A stretch of 64,000 nucleotides of DNA, taken from contig JAZNBX010000023.1 in the NCBI GenBank assembly GCA_045587265.1, positions 6,047-70,046 on the forward strand, in the 5' to 3' direction. Position numbers and translations under genes: made by a program. This document shows positions 29,261 through 39,578 of the stretch, in pieces; position 1 is the stretch's first letter; every line of letters starts with the position of its first letter. Source of the stretch: Acutalibacteraceae bacterium (GTDB lineage Bacteria > Bacillota > Clostridia > Oscillospirales > Acutalibacteraceae). Below the pieces are notes generated by a model that was given only the letters and a program-made list of their open reading frames with translations, had not been told where the DNA came from and made no database searches.

Positions 29261-30682
29261 ATGAGAGTTCTTTTTGCTTCATCCGAGGCATATCCGTTTG
29301 CTATGTCGGGCGGTCTTGCAGACGTTGCAGGCGCACTTCCTAAAGCGCTTCGCAATAGAATGGTGGGTTGCCGTGTGGTAATGCCGCTTTATGATACCGT
29401 GCCACTTAAAATGCGTGAGAATATGCGTTTTATCAAAAGCATTACCGTACCTGTTGCTTGGCGTAATCAGTATTGCGGTATTTTTGAGGCTCGCGTTGGC
29501 AAAGTTGTGTATTATTTACTAGATAACGAGTATTATTTCAAGCGTGGCGCACTTTATGGTTTTTATGATGACGCCGAAAGATTCACATTCTTTTCTCGCG
29601 CCATTCTTGAAATTTTAAAGCATATTGATTTTAAACCCGATATTATACACTGTAACGATTGGCAAACTGCTATGACACCTGTTTTTCAAACCCTTTATTA
29701 TAGCCAAGACCCGTTTTACAGCGGCATAAAAACTCTGTTTACCATTCATAATATTCAGTACCAAGGAAAGTACGGCAAAGAACTTATTAGCGATGTTTTG
29801 GGTATTGATGGCGATAATACACGCTACGTTGAGTACGAGGATTGTGTGAATTTAATGAAGGGTGGTATCGAGTGTGCGAATGCTGTAAATACAGTAAGCC
29901 GCACCTATGCAAATGAAATATTAACCCCTTATTATTCACACGGACTGGACTCAATATTAAAAGAGCGCGAATGGAAATTGCACGGTATTGTAAACGGCAT
30001 AGACGTTGAGGTTTACAACCCTGAAACCGATACCCTTATTTACAAAAACTACTCGGCAAATAATTTCTCCGCTAAGGCTATAAATAAAGCAAAACTTCAG
30101 GATGAAATGCATCTGCCCGTTCGTGATGATGTTCCTCTTATCAGTATGGTAACAAGACTAGTTTCGCATAAAGGTCTTGACCTTGTAAAACACGTTTTTG
30201 AAGATATTTTATCACAGGATGTTCAGGTTTGTATTTTAGGCTCGGGTGAAGAAGAATTTGAAAACTTTTTCCACGATATGCAGCAAAAATATCCTAATAA
30301 ATTTAGTTTTACTACAGGTTTTATTCCGCAACTCGCACACAAAATATATGCAGGTTCGGATATATTCCTAATGCCATCAAAATCAGAGCCTTGCGGTCTT
30401 GCACAAATGGTAGCACTCCGTTATGGCACAATCCCCATAGTTCGTGAAACGGGCGGTCTTAAAGATACAATAACCGATTCTGAACATGGTATTGGCAACG
30501 GCTTTACCTTTACAAACTATAACGCGCACGAAATGGCGCATGCGGTTTGGCGCGCTGTTGAAGGTTATAAAAACCGAGATGGTTGGAAGGTTCTAGTAGA
30601 GCGTGCTATGAAGTGTGACAATAGTTGGGGCGCATCGGCAAACCAATACATTAAACTTTACAAAAGTATTTTAGAAAACTAA
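29261..30682 (+). CDS. glgA: Glycogen synthase (ADP-glucose type)
   Basis: MRVLFASSEAYPFAMSGGLADV, MPSKSEPCGLAQM. Confidence 0.95.
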   Translation: MRVLFASSEAYPFAMSGGLADVAGALPKALRNRMVGCRVVMPLYDTVPLKMRENMRFIKSITVPVAWRNQYCGIFEARVGKVVYYLLDNEYYFKRGALYGFYDDAERFTFFSRAILEILKHIDFKPDIIHCNDWQTAMTPVFQTLYYSQDPFYSGIKTLFTIHNIQYQGKYGKELISDVLGIDGDNTRYVEYEDCVNLMKGGIECANAVNTVSRTYANEILTPYYSHGLDSILKEREWKLHGIVNGIDVEVYNPETDTLIYKNYSANNFSAKAINKAKLQDEMHLPVRDDVPLISMVTRLVSHKGLDLVKHVFEDILSQDVQVCILGSGEEEFENFFHDMQQKYPNKFSFTTGFIPQLAHKIYAGSDIFLMPSKSEPCGLAQMVALRYGTIPIVRETGGLKDTITDSEHGIGNGFTFTNYNAHEMAHAVWRAVEGYKNRDGWKVLVERAMKCDNSWGASANQYIKLYKSILEN

Positions 30683-30689
30683 TGAAAAT

Positions 30690-30726
30690 GCCATGGTTCT
30701 AAAAATAGAGCCGTGGCGTTTTTTAA
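30690..30726 (+). terminator. Intrinsic terminator of the glg operon
   Basis: GCCATGGTTCT/AGAGCCGTGGC stem followed by TTTTTT. Confidence 0.75.
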
Positions 30727-30804
30727 AAATTAATTTAACATTTTTTAACAAATTTTTATAATTTTGTGGTACAATATCTAAAATGGAATTTTTAGGAGGA
30801 GTAA

Positions 30805-33417
30805 ATGTTGTCATATCATAACTTGGATTGGCAAGAGGTACTAAACAAACTATCTACAACCAAAGAGGGCGGTTTATCGTCGTCGGCGGTAAAAATTCTT
30901 TTAGAAAAGTATGGCGAGAATAGGTTGGCAGAGAAGAAAAAGAAGGGCGTTATAGCGCGTTTCTTCGACCAATTCCGCGATGCTATGATAATAATCCTGA
31001 TAATAGCCGCCATAGTTTCTTTTACGGTTGTGGTTATAGAAAAGAATTGGGCAGAACTTTTCGAGCCTGCGCTAATACTTTTAATAGTTGTGCTTAATGC
31101 TATAATGGGCGTTATGCAGGAAAGCAAGGCAGAAAAGGCACTAGATGCACTCAAGAATATGTCTGCACCCCACGCTAGAGTAATTAGAGACGGTAAAGAG
31201 TCTGTTATAGAGGCTTCAGAGTTGGTCCCCGGCGATATTATTAAGTTAGAGGCAGGCGACTTTATACCTGCCGATGCAAGACTAATTGAAAGTGTAAGCC
31301 TTAAAAGTGAAGAGTCGGCATTAACGGGCGAGTCTGTGCCAAGCGAAAAAGATGCAAATGCTATTGTGGGCGAAAAAGCACCGCTTGGCGACCGTGCAAA
31401 TATGGTATTTTCGGGTTGTAGCGTAACTTATGGTACTGCACTAGCGGTTGTTACCGCAACGGGAATGAACACCGAAATGGGCAAAATCGCAGGTCTTTTG
31501 GAAGGTGCAGGGGATAACAGTACACCTTTGCAAAAGAAATTAGCGCAGCTTGGTAAGTATCTTGGCTTTATGGCACTAGCGGCTTGCGCAGTTATATTTG
31601 TTGTTGGCGTTTTAAATAACATTAAAGTTCTAGATATATTTATGACTGCGGTTTCCTTGGCGGTATCGGCTATACCCGAGGGATTGCCTGCTATCGTTAC
31701 AATAGTTTTATCAATCGGCGTTCAGCGTATGGTAAAAAGAAATGCTTTAATTCGTCGCTTGCCCGCAGTAGAAACATTGGGTAGCGCATCGGTAATTTGC
31801 TCTGATAAAACCGGTACACTTACACAAAACAGAATGACCTTAACAAAGGCTTATATCGACGGCGGTGAGTTAGAGGATATAACCGATAATTGTAGCGACG
31901 ATATAAAGAATTTGCTAAAACTCGGCGCGCTTTGTTGCGATGGTTCTGTTGTTTTTCTAGATGATAAAGAGCAACATATAGGCGACCCGACAGAAACGGC
32001 TATTGTTTTGGCGGCTCATAAAAACGGAATGGCGAAAGATGTTATAAATGCCGAGTGTCCGCGTGTAGCATCATTGCCTTTTGATTCGGATAGAAAACTT
32101 ATGTCAACCGTTAATAATATTAATGGCAAGTTAACGGTAATAGTTAAGGGCGCATTCGATGTTATGGCAGAGCGTTGTGTTTCAGGAGATATTGATACTG
32201 CTCGCAAGGTAACCGAAGAAATGAGCGAACAGGCACTCCGCGTGCTCGCTATTGGGTATAAAGAAATTAACGAAATACCAAAAGAGATAACAACCGAATC
32301 TCTTGAAACTGGGCTTGCCTTCTTAGGCCTTGTTGGTATGATAGACCCGCCGCGTGAAGAAGCGCGTGATGCCGTCGCAGTATGTCGTGAAGCGGGTATA
32401 AAACCTGTTATGATTACAGGCGACCACATAGTAACTGCTACCGCAATCGCAAAAGATTTGGGTATTTATCAGGAGGGCGACCGCGCAATTACTGGCGTAG
32501 AACTTGATAAGATGACCGATGATGAATTAGATGCAGTGGTTGAAAGTATTTCTGTTTATGCGAGAGTTTCGCCCGAAAATAAAATCCGCATAGTTAAGGC
32601 TTGGCAAAGAAAAGATAAAGTTGTTTCTATGACGGGCGATGGTGTTAACGATGCACCTGCACTAAAGGCGGCGGATATCGGTTGCGCTATGGGTATAACG
32701 GGTACCGATGTTGCAAAGGGCGCCGCGGATATGACCCTTACTGATGATAATTTTGCAACCATTGTTGAAGCGGTGCGCGAGGGTAGAGGTATCTATTCTA
32801 ATATTAAAAAGGTTGTAGGTTTCCTTTTGGGCACAAATATAGGCGAGGTAATATGTGTGTTTGTAGCAATGCTTTTGTGGCACAAAACACCGCTGCTTTC
32901 GATGCAACTGCTATGGATAAACCTCGTAACCGATTCACTACCTGCAATAGCGTTAGGTATGGAAGAAGTAGAATCCGATATAATGACTAGAGAACCAAAG
33001 CCAAAAAAAGAAGGCATATTTGCGGGTGGGCTAGGTGTTCGTGTTGTTTTACAGGGATTGATGTTTGCAATACTTTCCTTGGTTGCATTTAAAATAGGTT
33101 TCAATGCGCTCGGTGATATTGGCGGTCAAACAATGGCATTTATGGTGCTTGCTTTGTCACAGGTAGTACAGGCGTTTAATATACGAAGCGATAGGTCAAT
33201 ATTTAAAATAGGTGTATTTGGAAATAAGACATTGAATAAAGCAGTGCTCGTATCGGTGGTGCTAATGGCAATAGTATTGTTTACCCCTGTAAGAGTGGCA
33301 TTCTCACTAACATTATTAACACCTAAACTGTACCTTATTGCACTAGGACTAATACTAGTGCCCGTAGTGGTTATGGAACTTTCAAAAGCGCTAGGCTTGA
33401 TAAAACACAAAAAATAA
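30805..33417 (+). CDS. P-type Ca2+-translocating ATPase (type IIA)
   Basis: DKTGTLT, TGES, MITGDH, MTGDGVNDAPALK. Ten predicted TM segments. 870 aa. Confidence 0.9.
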   Translation: MLSYHNLDWQEVLNKLSTTKEGGLSSSAVKILLEKYGENRLAEKKKKGVIARFFDQFRDAMIIILIIAAIVSFTVVVIEKNWAELFEPALILLIVVLNAIMGVMQESKAEKALDALKNMSAPHARVIRDGKESVIEASELVPGDIIKLEAGDFIPADARLIESVSLKSEESALTGESVPSEKDANAIVGEKAPLGDRANMVFSGCSVTYGTALAVVTATGMNTEMGKIAGLLEGAGDNSTPLQKKLAQLGKYLGFMALAACAVIFVVGVLNNIKVLDIFMTAVSLAVSAIPEGLPAIVTIVLSIGVQRMVKRNALIRRLPAVETLGSASVICSDKTGTLTQNRMTLTKAYIDGGELEDITDNCSDDIKNLLKLGALCCDGSVVFLDDKEQHIGDPTETAIVLAAHKNGMAKDVINAECPRVASLPFDSDRKLMSTVNNINGKLTVIVKGAFDVMAERCVSGDIDTARKVTEEMSEQALRVLAIGYKEINEIPKEITTESLETGLAFLGLVGMIDPPREEARDAVAVCREAGIKPVMITGDHIVTATAIAKDLGIYQEGDRAITGVELDKMTDDELDAVVESISVYARVSPENKIRIVKAWQRKDKVVSMTGDGVNDAPALKAADIGCAMGITGTDVAKGAADMTLTDDNFATIVEAVREGRGIYSNIKKVVGFLLGTNIGEVICVFVAMLLWHKTPLLSMQLLWINLVTDSLPAIALGMEEVESDIMTREPKPKKEGIFAGGLGVRVVLQGLMFAILSLVAFKIGFNALGDIGGQTMAFMVLALSQVVQAFNIRSDRSIFKIGVFGNKTLNKAVLVSVVLMAIVLFTPVRVAFSLTLLTPKLYLIALGLILVPVVVMELSKALGLIKHKK

Positions 33418-33420
33418 AGC

Positions 33421-33452
33421 AAAAACCTCGGCAACTGCCGAGGTTTTTCTTT
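33421..33452. terminator. Bidirectional intrinsic terminator
   Basis: CCTCGGC/GCCGAGG stem flanked by A- and T-runs. Confidence 0.85.
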
Positions 33453-33455
33453 TAC

Positions 33456-33908
33456 TTATTCTTCGTTTTCAAATTTTGAAAGGTCAACGTTTCTGCGCTC
33501 AACTGCGGTTGAAAAAACAATCTGTGTTTCGGTTGCACCAAACTCACCAAGTTGGCCAATAAAGGTGTCAAGCATTTCGGTGCTTTGGAAAGCAACCTTA
33601 ATCATCATAGAGTAGTGACCCGTTACACAGTTACATTCAAGCACGTTGGGGTGTTCACTAATAAAAGGATAGAATGTAGGCTTTTGGCTTGGGTGCAACT
33701 CTAAATGAATAAAAGCGATAATAGGTAAACCTAACTTTTTATTATCGATACATACAGTATAACCTGTAATTATTCCTTCTTTTTCAAGCCTTTCAATTCT
33801 AGCGGCGGTAGCGGGGGATGAAAGATATACTTCTTCTGCTAATTGTTTTAGCGGCATTCTGCCGTTTTGTTGTAATAACGAAATCAACTTATAATCTATT
33901 TTGTCCAT
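33456..33908 (-). CDS. Lrp/AsnC-family transcriptional regulator
   Basis: MDKIDYKLISLLQQNGRMPLKQLAEEV HTH followed by an ACT-like RAM domain. Confidence 0.9.
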   Translation of the reverse strand: MDKIDYKLISLLQQNGRMPLKQLAEEVYLSSPATAARIERLEKEGIITGYTVCIDNKKLGLPIIAFIHLELHPSQKPTFYPFISEHPNVLECNCVTGHYSMMIKVAFQSTEMLDTFIGQLGEFGATETQIVFSTAVERRNVDLSKFENEE

Positions 33909-34040
33909 AACACAGTCCTTATTTAATAAATTTAACTTTTTTGTTCTCTTTATATTATAATATTATATTATCTGCGCTGTGTCAAGCCTTAATTAAGTAT
34001 AGAAACTTAATATTATTAACAAACCCGCTTGTGATGTGTG

Positions 34041-34069
34041 TTGACAACCACTATAAAAGGATTTATATT
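34041..34069 (+). promoter_or_regulatory. SigmaA-type promoter for the DUF554 gene
   Basis: TTGACA, a 17-nt spacer, then TATATT. Confidence 0.6.
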
Positions 34070-34097
34070 ATAAATATGTAAAAGGTGGTAATTTTAA

Positions 34098-34796
34098 ATG
34101 CAGGTTTTATATTCGTTATTGGGTGCAGTAGTTAATGTCGGCACAGTAATTTTAGGCGCAACGGTCGGTCTTTTGGTCAAAAAGGGCTTTCCCGAGCGCT
34201 TGCAAAACGTAATTATGCAGGCGGTTGCGCTCGCGGTGTTGTTTATAGGAATCAAAGGATTTAGCGACAGTAATAATACAATGGTGCTAATACTTTCTAT
34301 GGTAATCGGTACAGTTATAGGCACGCTGATAAATCTAGACGGCTTGATAAATAAATTAGCCCTAAAAATAGAGAATAAGTTTTCTAAAAACGGTGGCTTT
34401 GCATCGGGCTTTGTTTCGTCTACCTTGCTTTTTTGTACGGGTGGAATGACGGTAGTAGGTGCACTAAATAGCGGTCTTTCAGGTGACCATACGGTGCAGT
34501 TTTCAAAAGCGGTTTTAGACCTTATAACCTCAACAATTTTAGCCTCGTCCATGGGTTATGGCGTATTGTTTGCATTCGTTCCGCTATTTGTTTATCAAGG
34601 CGGAATAACCCTTTTAGCCAGCGTTCTTTCTCCACTGCTTTCTACTGTAATTATCGGTGAAATGTCGGCAGTAGGTTCGGTACTAATTGTTGCACTTTCG
34701 CTTAATATGTTAAAACTGACAGATATTAAAATAATGAATATGATACCCGCAATTTTCCTACCGATTTTGCTTTATCAAATTCCATTCTTTGCATAA
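34098..34796 (+). CDS. DUF554 membrane protein
   Basis: GAVVNVGTVILGATVGLL...GGMTVVGALNSGL pattern. Polytopic. Confidence 0.75.
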   Translation: MQVLYSLLGAVVNVGTVILGATVGLLVKKGFPERLQNVIMQAVALAVLFIGIKGFSDSNNTMVLILSMVIGTVIGTLINLDGLINKLALKIENKFSKNGGFASGFVSSTLLFCTGGMTVVGALNSGLSGDHTVQFSKAVLDLITSTILASSMGYGVLFAFVPLFVYQGGITLLASVLSPLLSTVIIGEMSAVGSVLIVALSLNMLKLTDIKIMNMIPAIFLPILLYQIPFFA

Positions 34797-34798
34797 GA

Positions 34799-34830
34799 AA
34801 AAGACCCGAGTTTTTTCGGGTCTTTTGTGT
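34799..34830. terminator. Bidirectional intrinsic terminator
   Basis: AAGACCCGA/TCGGGTCTT stem. Confidence 0.8.
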
Positions 34831-35469
34831 TTATAAAGCCTTTAGAAAGTTTGTAATTAAGTGTGCTAAAATTTCATGTCCTGCATCGTTTGGATGTAGT
34901 TCGTCAGGCATAAATTTCTCCTTAATTGCAGGCACTTGAGGTTGTATGCCTGAGCGTGCGAAAAGGTCAAGCACGGGCAACGAATAAAATTCTGCGACCT
35001 CACGTATAGCGTTAACGTAGTCGATTAAAGGTTTGTCGCCAATTCGTGGGCTTGTTTCATTACCACGATGTAGTGGAGTAAGTACAACTATTGGAGTGCC
35101 GGGGTATCTTTGCACAAAGGTTGAATAAACAGTATGTAACGCACCATAGAAGGTCATAGGTGTGCGGTCAGAAAACTCGCCAAGCGGTGCATCACCGTGG
35201 TCGTAGTCGTTAGTGCCACCGAAAATAACGATGCAATCCAGGTCGCCCTCGCGCGCTTCTGTTCTCATACAAAAATCTTTATCACATTTTGCTTCGGGGT
35301 CGTAGTTGTGTTGATGTGCATATCGAGTACCGCCGATACCATCGTTGATGAAATTTGCACCCAAATTTTTAGCGACTATATTAGAAAATCTCTTATCTTC
35401 AGAAGTGGTGCCGTGACCCTCGGTAATGCTGTCACCCAAAAATAAAATGGTTTTGTTTTTTAAATCCAT
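34831..35469 (-). CDS. SGNH/GDSL hydrolase
   Basis: ILFLGDSITEG (block I), GGTND (block III), DELHPN (block V). Confidence 0.85.
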   Translation of the reverse strand: MDLKNKTILFLGDSITEGHGTTSEDKRFSNIVAKNLGANFINDGIGGTRYAHQHNYDPEAKCDKDFCMRTEAREGDLDCIVIFGGTNDYDHGDAPLGEFSDRTPMTFYGALHTVYSTFVQRYPGTPIVVLTPLHRGNETSPRIGDKPLIDYVNAIREVAEFYSLPVLDLFARSGIQPQVPAIKEKFMPDELHPNDAGHEILAHLITNFLKAL

Positions 35470-35494
35470 TTCTACTAACTCCTTATAATTAAAT

Positions 35495-36250
35495 TTATGC
35501 TTTTCCGTTCACTGCGAGGTGGGCGGATTTTTTTAATGTCATAAGTTCATAAAAACTAATACCGTCAACGCTGTAAGGATTTTCTAAAATGGTGTTACCC
35601 GTAAGTTTTTCGTACCATACTGCCGCGGCTAAATACTGTCCGTGTGTAACACTTGCATGAAATCCGTCAGCATCGCACAAACTCTTTCCGCCGTGGTCGA
35701 CGTCAAATATGTCCATCTCACGTGCTATTTGAAATGCATCACCAACGGGGATAAGGTCTAGGGAATATTTCTCCGCATAATGATAATAAGAATCTTTTAG
35801 CGCTTCATACATTTTTTGTTGGTCGTGGTCATATTTATCGAAGCAATCATGCTCTGATGTTTTCTCATACGACCAGGTTTCGTGTAGCATAATTTTAGCG
35901 TTTGGTTGCAGTTCTTTTATAGCGTCAATAAGTTCTTTTATATGCGGCTCATAACTATCTTTAATACCGCTATCGTGGCTTGCTTGCTGTATAGTAACAA
36001 TATCCCATTCGTCGCTAATGAGCGCCTTTTTAATGGTGTAGTCTTTAAGTGTTACTGAACCACCGTTTGCCTTAATCGTGTATTCGTATAAAGGTAAGTT
36101 TTCCTTCATATTTTTATTATGTGTAGCAAGGCTGCATCCGCCTATATAAAGGTTACCTAATTGAAAATCTGCTTTGCCTGCTGCTGCCATACGCTCTAAA
36201 TAACAAAAAGCGTTTCTGCTAAAACTGTTACCAATAGCTAATATTTTCAT
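35495..36250 (-). CDS. DUF4886-type SGNH-fold hydrolase
   Basis: MKILAIGNSFSRNA... with a C-terminal DGFHAS. Confidence 0.7.
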   Translation of the reverse strand: MKILAIGNSFSRNAFCYLERMAAAGKADFQLGNLYIGGCSLATHNKNMKENLPLYEYTIKANGGSVTLKDYTIKKALISDEWDIVTIQQASHDSGIKDSYEPHIKELIDAIKELQPNAKIMLHETWSYEKTSEHDCFDKYDHDQQKMYEALKDSYYHYAEKYSLDLIPVGDAFQIAREMDIFDVDHGGKSLCDADGFHASVTHGQYLAAAVWYEKLTGNTILENPYSVDGISFYELMTLKKSAHLAVNGKA

Positions 36251-36263
36251 AGTAAACTCCTTA

Positions 36264-36306
36264 CATAAAAAAACAAAGTGGCGGAAAAATGCATCCCGCC
36301 ACTTTT
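36264..36306 (-). terminator. Intrinsic terminator of rny
   Basis: AGUGGCGG/CCGCCACU stem followed by UUUGUUUUUUU on the minus strand. Confidence 0.75.
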
Positions 36307-36315
36307 ATAGGTTAA

Positions 36316-37869
36316 TTATTTTGCGTAGTCGATAGCGCGGTTTTCTCTGATTAGATGAACCTTTATCTGACCGGGATATTCAAGGTCGCTTTCAATCTTC
36401 TTAACGATTTCGTGTGAAAGAAGAACCATTTCGTCATCGTTAACCATTTCAGGTTTAACCATAATTCTGATTTCGCGGCCTGCTTGAATAGCAAATGAAC
36501 CTTCAACACCGTTAAACGAGTTTGCAATTTCTTCAAGTTTCTCAAGACGTTTGATATAGCTTTCGATATTTTCACGGCGTGCACCAGGTCTTGCGGCGGA
36601 GATAGCATCTGCGGCTTGAACCAAACATGCGATTATCGTTTTAGCTTCAACATCGCCATGATGCGCGTGAATTGCATGTACAACGGCATCGTTTTCTTTG
36701 TATTTCTTTGCTGCCTCAACACCAAGTTGAATGTGTGAGCCTTCTTGCTCGTGGTCTAGCGCCTTACCAATATCGTGCAAAAGACCTGCACGTCTGGCAA
36801 GTGTTACGTTCTCGCCCATCTCGGCTGCCATAATACCTGCAAGGTGGCAAACCTCAAGTGAGTGATTAAGTACGTTTTGACCATAACTGGTACGGTAATG
36901 AAGTTTACCGATAAGTTTGATAAGTTCAGGGTTAAGGTTGTGAATACCTGCTTGAAGGGCTGCTTGTTCGCCCTCTTGCTTAATAACGCGGTCAACCTCA
37001 GACTGTGCTTTAGCAACCATTTCTTCAATTCTTGCAGGATGAATTCTTCCATCAAGAATAAGTTTTTCTAAAGCAACCTTTGCAACCTCGCGGCGCACAG
37101 GGTCAAAGCAGGAGAGGGTAATAGCCTCGGGTGTATCGTCGATAATCAAATCAACACCTGTTGCAGTTTCAAAGGTACGAATGTTTCTACCTTCACGACC
37201 AATTATTCTACCCTTCATTTCATCATTTGGAAGGGAAACAACCGAAACGGTAGCCTCTGACGAATGATCTGCGGCGCAACGCTGAATTGCGTGTGCAATA
37301 AGTTCGCGTGCAATTTTGTCAGATTCGTCCTTGGTTTGTTGTTCGTAATCTTTAATTTTCAAAGCCTTTTCGTGTGCAAGTTCGCCGTCAAGGTCTTGTA
37401 AAAGCCTTGCTTTTGCTTGCTCTACGGTGTAGCCCGAAATACGCTCAAGAAGTTCAAACTGGCTTTTCTTCATTTGTTCAACTTCGATTAGTCTATCTTC
37501 AACCTCTTTTGCGCGTGCTTGGATTTTTTCTTCTTTAGCCTCAAGGTTGTCCATCTTTTTATCAAGATTTTCTTCCTTTTGTTGAAGTCTACGCTCTTGA
37601 CGCTGAATTTCGCTGCGTCTTTCGCGAATCTCTTTGTCGGCCTCAGCACGAATGTGTTGTGCTTCCTCTTTAGCCTCAATGCGAGATTCTTTTTTCATTG
37701 CTTCAACTAGGTTAATTGCTTCGCTTTTCATGCGGTTTGCTTCTTTTTCGGCCGAGCCAATTTTGGCTTCAGCAGTGCGGCGCCTGTGTGCAACACCGGA
37801 AATAAATCCGATGATAAGTGCAACAACGGCTGCAGCCGCAACAATAATAATTTGAATTGTAGTCGGCAT
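36316..37869 (-). CDS. rny: Ribonuclease Y
   Basis: N-terminal TM segment, coiled coil, KH domain ([12 protein letters not shown]), HD domain (GLLHDIGK). GGAGGTG RBS before ATG 37869; the track ORF is extended to 37974. Confidence 0.95.
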   Translation of the reverse strand: MPTTIQIIIVAAAAVVALIIGFISGVAHRRRTAEAKIGSAEKEANRMKSEAINLVEAMKKESRIEAKEEAQHIRAEADKEIRERRSEIQRQERRLQQKEENLDKKMDNLEAKEEKIQARAKEVEDRLIEVEQMKKSQFELLERISGYTVEQAKARLLQDLDGELAHEKALKIKDYEQQTKDESDKIARELIAHAIQRCAADHSSEATVSVVSLPNDEMKGRIIGREGRNIRTFETATGVDLIIDDTPEAITLSCFDPVRREVAKVALEKLILDGRIHPARIEEMVAKAQSEVDRVIKQEGEQAALQAGIHNLNPELIKLIGKLHYRTSYGQNVLNHSLEVCHLAGIMAAEMGENVTLARRAGLLHDIGKALDHEQEGSHIQLGVEAAKKYKENDAVVHAIHAHHGDVEAKTIIACLVQAADAISAARPGARRENIESYIKRLEKLEEIANSFNGVEGSFAIQAGREIRIMVKPEMVNDDEMVLLSHEIVKKIESDLEYPGQIKVHLIRENRAIDYAK

Positions 37870-38115
37870 TACTAAAATGCACCTCCATATATATAATAAC
37901 CGCGTTAGAAAGGGCCGCGGGATAGCCCTGATACATATAAACAATCGGTCATAATATGCGCCGTGAGCATACAAAACCAGATTAGAATAACCAATATCAT
38001 ATTTATTTTAATACTATATATATGATATGTCAAGTAAATTAGCAGATAAAATTTACAAAATATTGTGATTTTTTGCCTAAGACCTAAATTATATAAAAAG
38101 AAACGATATTATTGG

Positions 38116-38144
38116 TTGAAAAAGGCGCTTTAATGTAGTATAAT
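38116..38144 (+). promoter_or_regulatory. SigmaA-type promoter
   Basis: TTGAAA, a 17-nt spacer, then TATAAT. Confidence 0.65.
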
Positions 38145-38174
38145 ACTAAAGATATAAAGGAGATGCTACTTATT

Positions 38175-39452
38175 ATGAAAACTTATAGCGAAATGAATAA
38201 ACAAGAGTTGCAATCCGCATTTGAACTTTGCCGTGCAAGATACGAGGAGTTTTGTTTGCGTGACGTAACTTTAAATATGGCAAGAGGTAACCCAAGTTTA
38301 CAACAAATGAATCTTAGCCGTGAAATGTTCAATATGGTTGTAGCAGATGGCGATTTTACCAATGAAACGGGTATAGATTGCCGTAACTATGGCGGCCTTG
38401 ATGGTTTGCCTGAACTTAAAAGAATTTTTGCCGATATGATGGATGTTGAGGCAAGTCAGGTAATCGTTGGCGGTAATTCATCACTCAATATGATGTTTGA
38501 TACTATTGCACAGTTTATGACTCACGGTTCTTACGATGGTGCAACACCTTGGGCGGCACAAAAGGATATCAAGTTTATCTGCTTGGTGCCTGGATATGAC
38601 AGACATTTTAAAATCTGCGAGCATTTTGGTATTAAGATGATAAACGTTCCGCTAAACGATGATGGTCCTGATATGGATTTAGTTCGTAAATACGTTGCGG
38701 ACCCAACCGTTAAAGGTATGTGGTGTGTGCCAAAATATTCAAATCCATCGGGCGTTGTTTATAGCGATGAAATTATAGATGAAATTGCAAAACTTAAGCC
38801 TGCTGCTGATGATTTCCGAATTATGTGGGATAACGCTTACTGTGTTCATCATTTAACCGAAAATGAGCACGTTATTCCAAATTTAATTGAAGAATGTGAG
38901 AAGTACGGCAATGAGGATATGGTTATTAAGTTTGCATCTACTTCAAAAATAACCTTTCCTGGCGCCGGTGTTGCCGCAGTTGCAGCAAGTGCAAGAAACG
39001 TGGCTTTCCTTAAAAAGAGGATGAGTTTCCAGACTATCGGTCCTGATAAACTTAATCAACTTCGCCACGCTCGTATGTTTAAAAGCATTGACGATATAAG
39101 GGCTCATATGAGAAAGCATGCCGCTATTGTGGCGCCTAAATTTAAGGCAGTTCTTATGCGACTAGAAAAAGAACTTGGTGGTTTAGGTATTGCTACTTGG
39201 ACCAACCCTGAAGGTGGCTATTTTGTAAGCCTGAATGTTATGGAGGGTTGTGCTAAAAGGGTAGTTGAACTTTGCCGTGAAGCAGGCGTTGTGCTTACCC
39301 CCGCAGGCGCTACTTACCCTTATGGTATTGACGAAAAGGATAGCAACATAAGAATTGCGCCAACCTATCCTTCATCTGCTGAACTTGATGATGCAAGTGA
39401 ACTTTTGTGTATCGCAGTAAAATACGCGGTGCTAGAAAAAATGTTAGGCTAG
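38175..39452 (+). CDS. PLP-dependent aminotransferase (fold type I)
   Basis: MARGNPS..., NPSG, STSKITFPGAG (PLP lysine context). Confidence 0.75.
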   Translation: MKTYSEMNKQELQSAFELCRARYEEFCLRDVTLNMARGNPSLQQMNLSREMFNMVVADGDFTNETGIDCRNYGGLDGLPELKRIFADMMDVEASQVIVGGNSSLNMMFDTIAQFMTHGSYDGATPWAAQKDIKFICLVPGYDRHFKICEHFGIKMINVPLNDDGPDMDLVRKYVADPTVKGMWCVPKYSNPSGVVYSDEIIDEIAKLKPAADDFRIMWDNAYCVHHLTENEHVIPNLIEECEKYGNEDMVIKFASTSKITFPGAGVAAVAASARNVAFLKKRMSFQTIGPDKLNQLRHARMFKSIDDIRAHMRKHAAIVAPKFKAVLMRLEKELGGLGIATWTNPEGGYFVSLNVMEGCAKRVVELCREAGVVLTPAGATYPYGIDEKDSNIRIAPTYPSSAELDDASELLCIAVKYAVLEKMLG

Positions 39453-39469
39453 TAACTAAAAGTTAATTA

Positions 39470-39498
39470 TTGACTTTTACTTGAAAAAATAGTATACT
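39470..39498 (+). promoter_or_regulatory. SigmaA-type promoter for secDF
   Basis: TTGACT, a 17-nt spacer, then TATACT. Confidence 0.6.
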
Positions 39499-39578
39499 TA
39501 TTTAGTAATTTTATGCACACACGTTTAAGGATCGGTACATAGATGTGTGGGCGTGTAAAGTATTAGGAGGCACGGCCA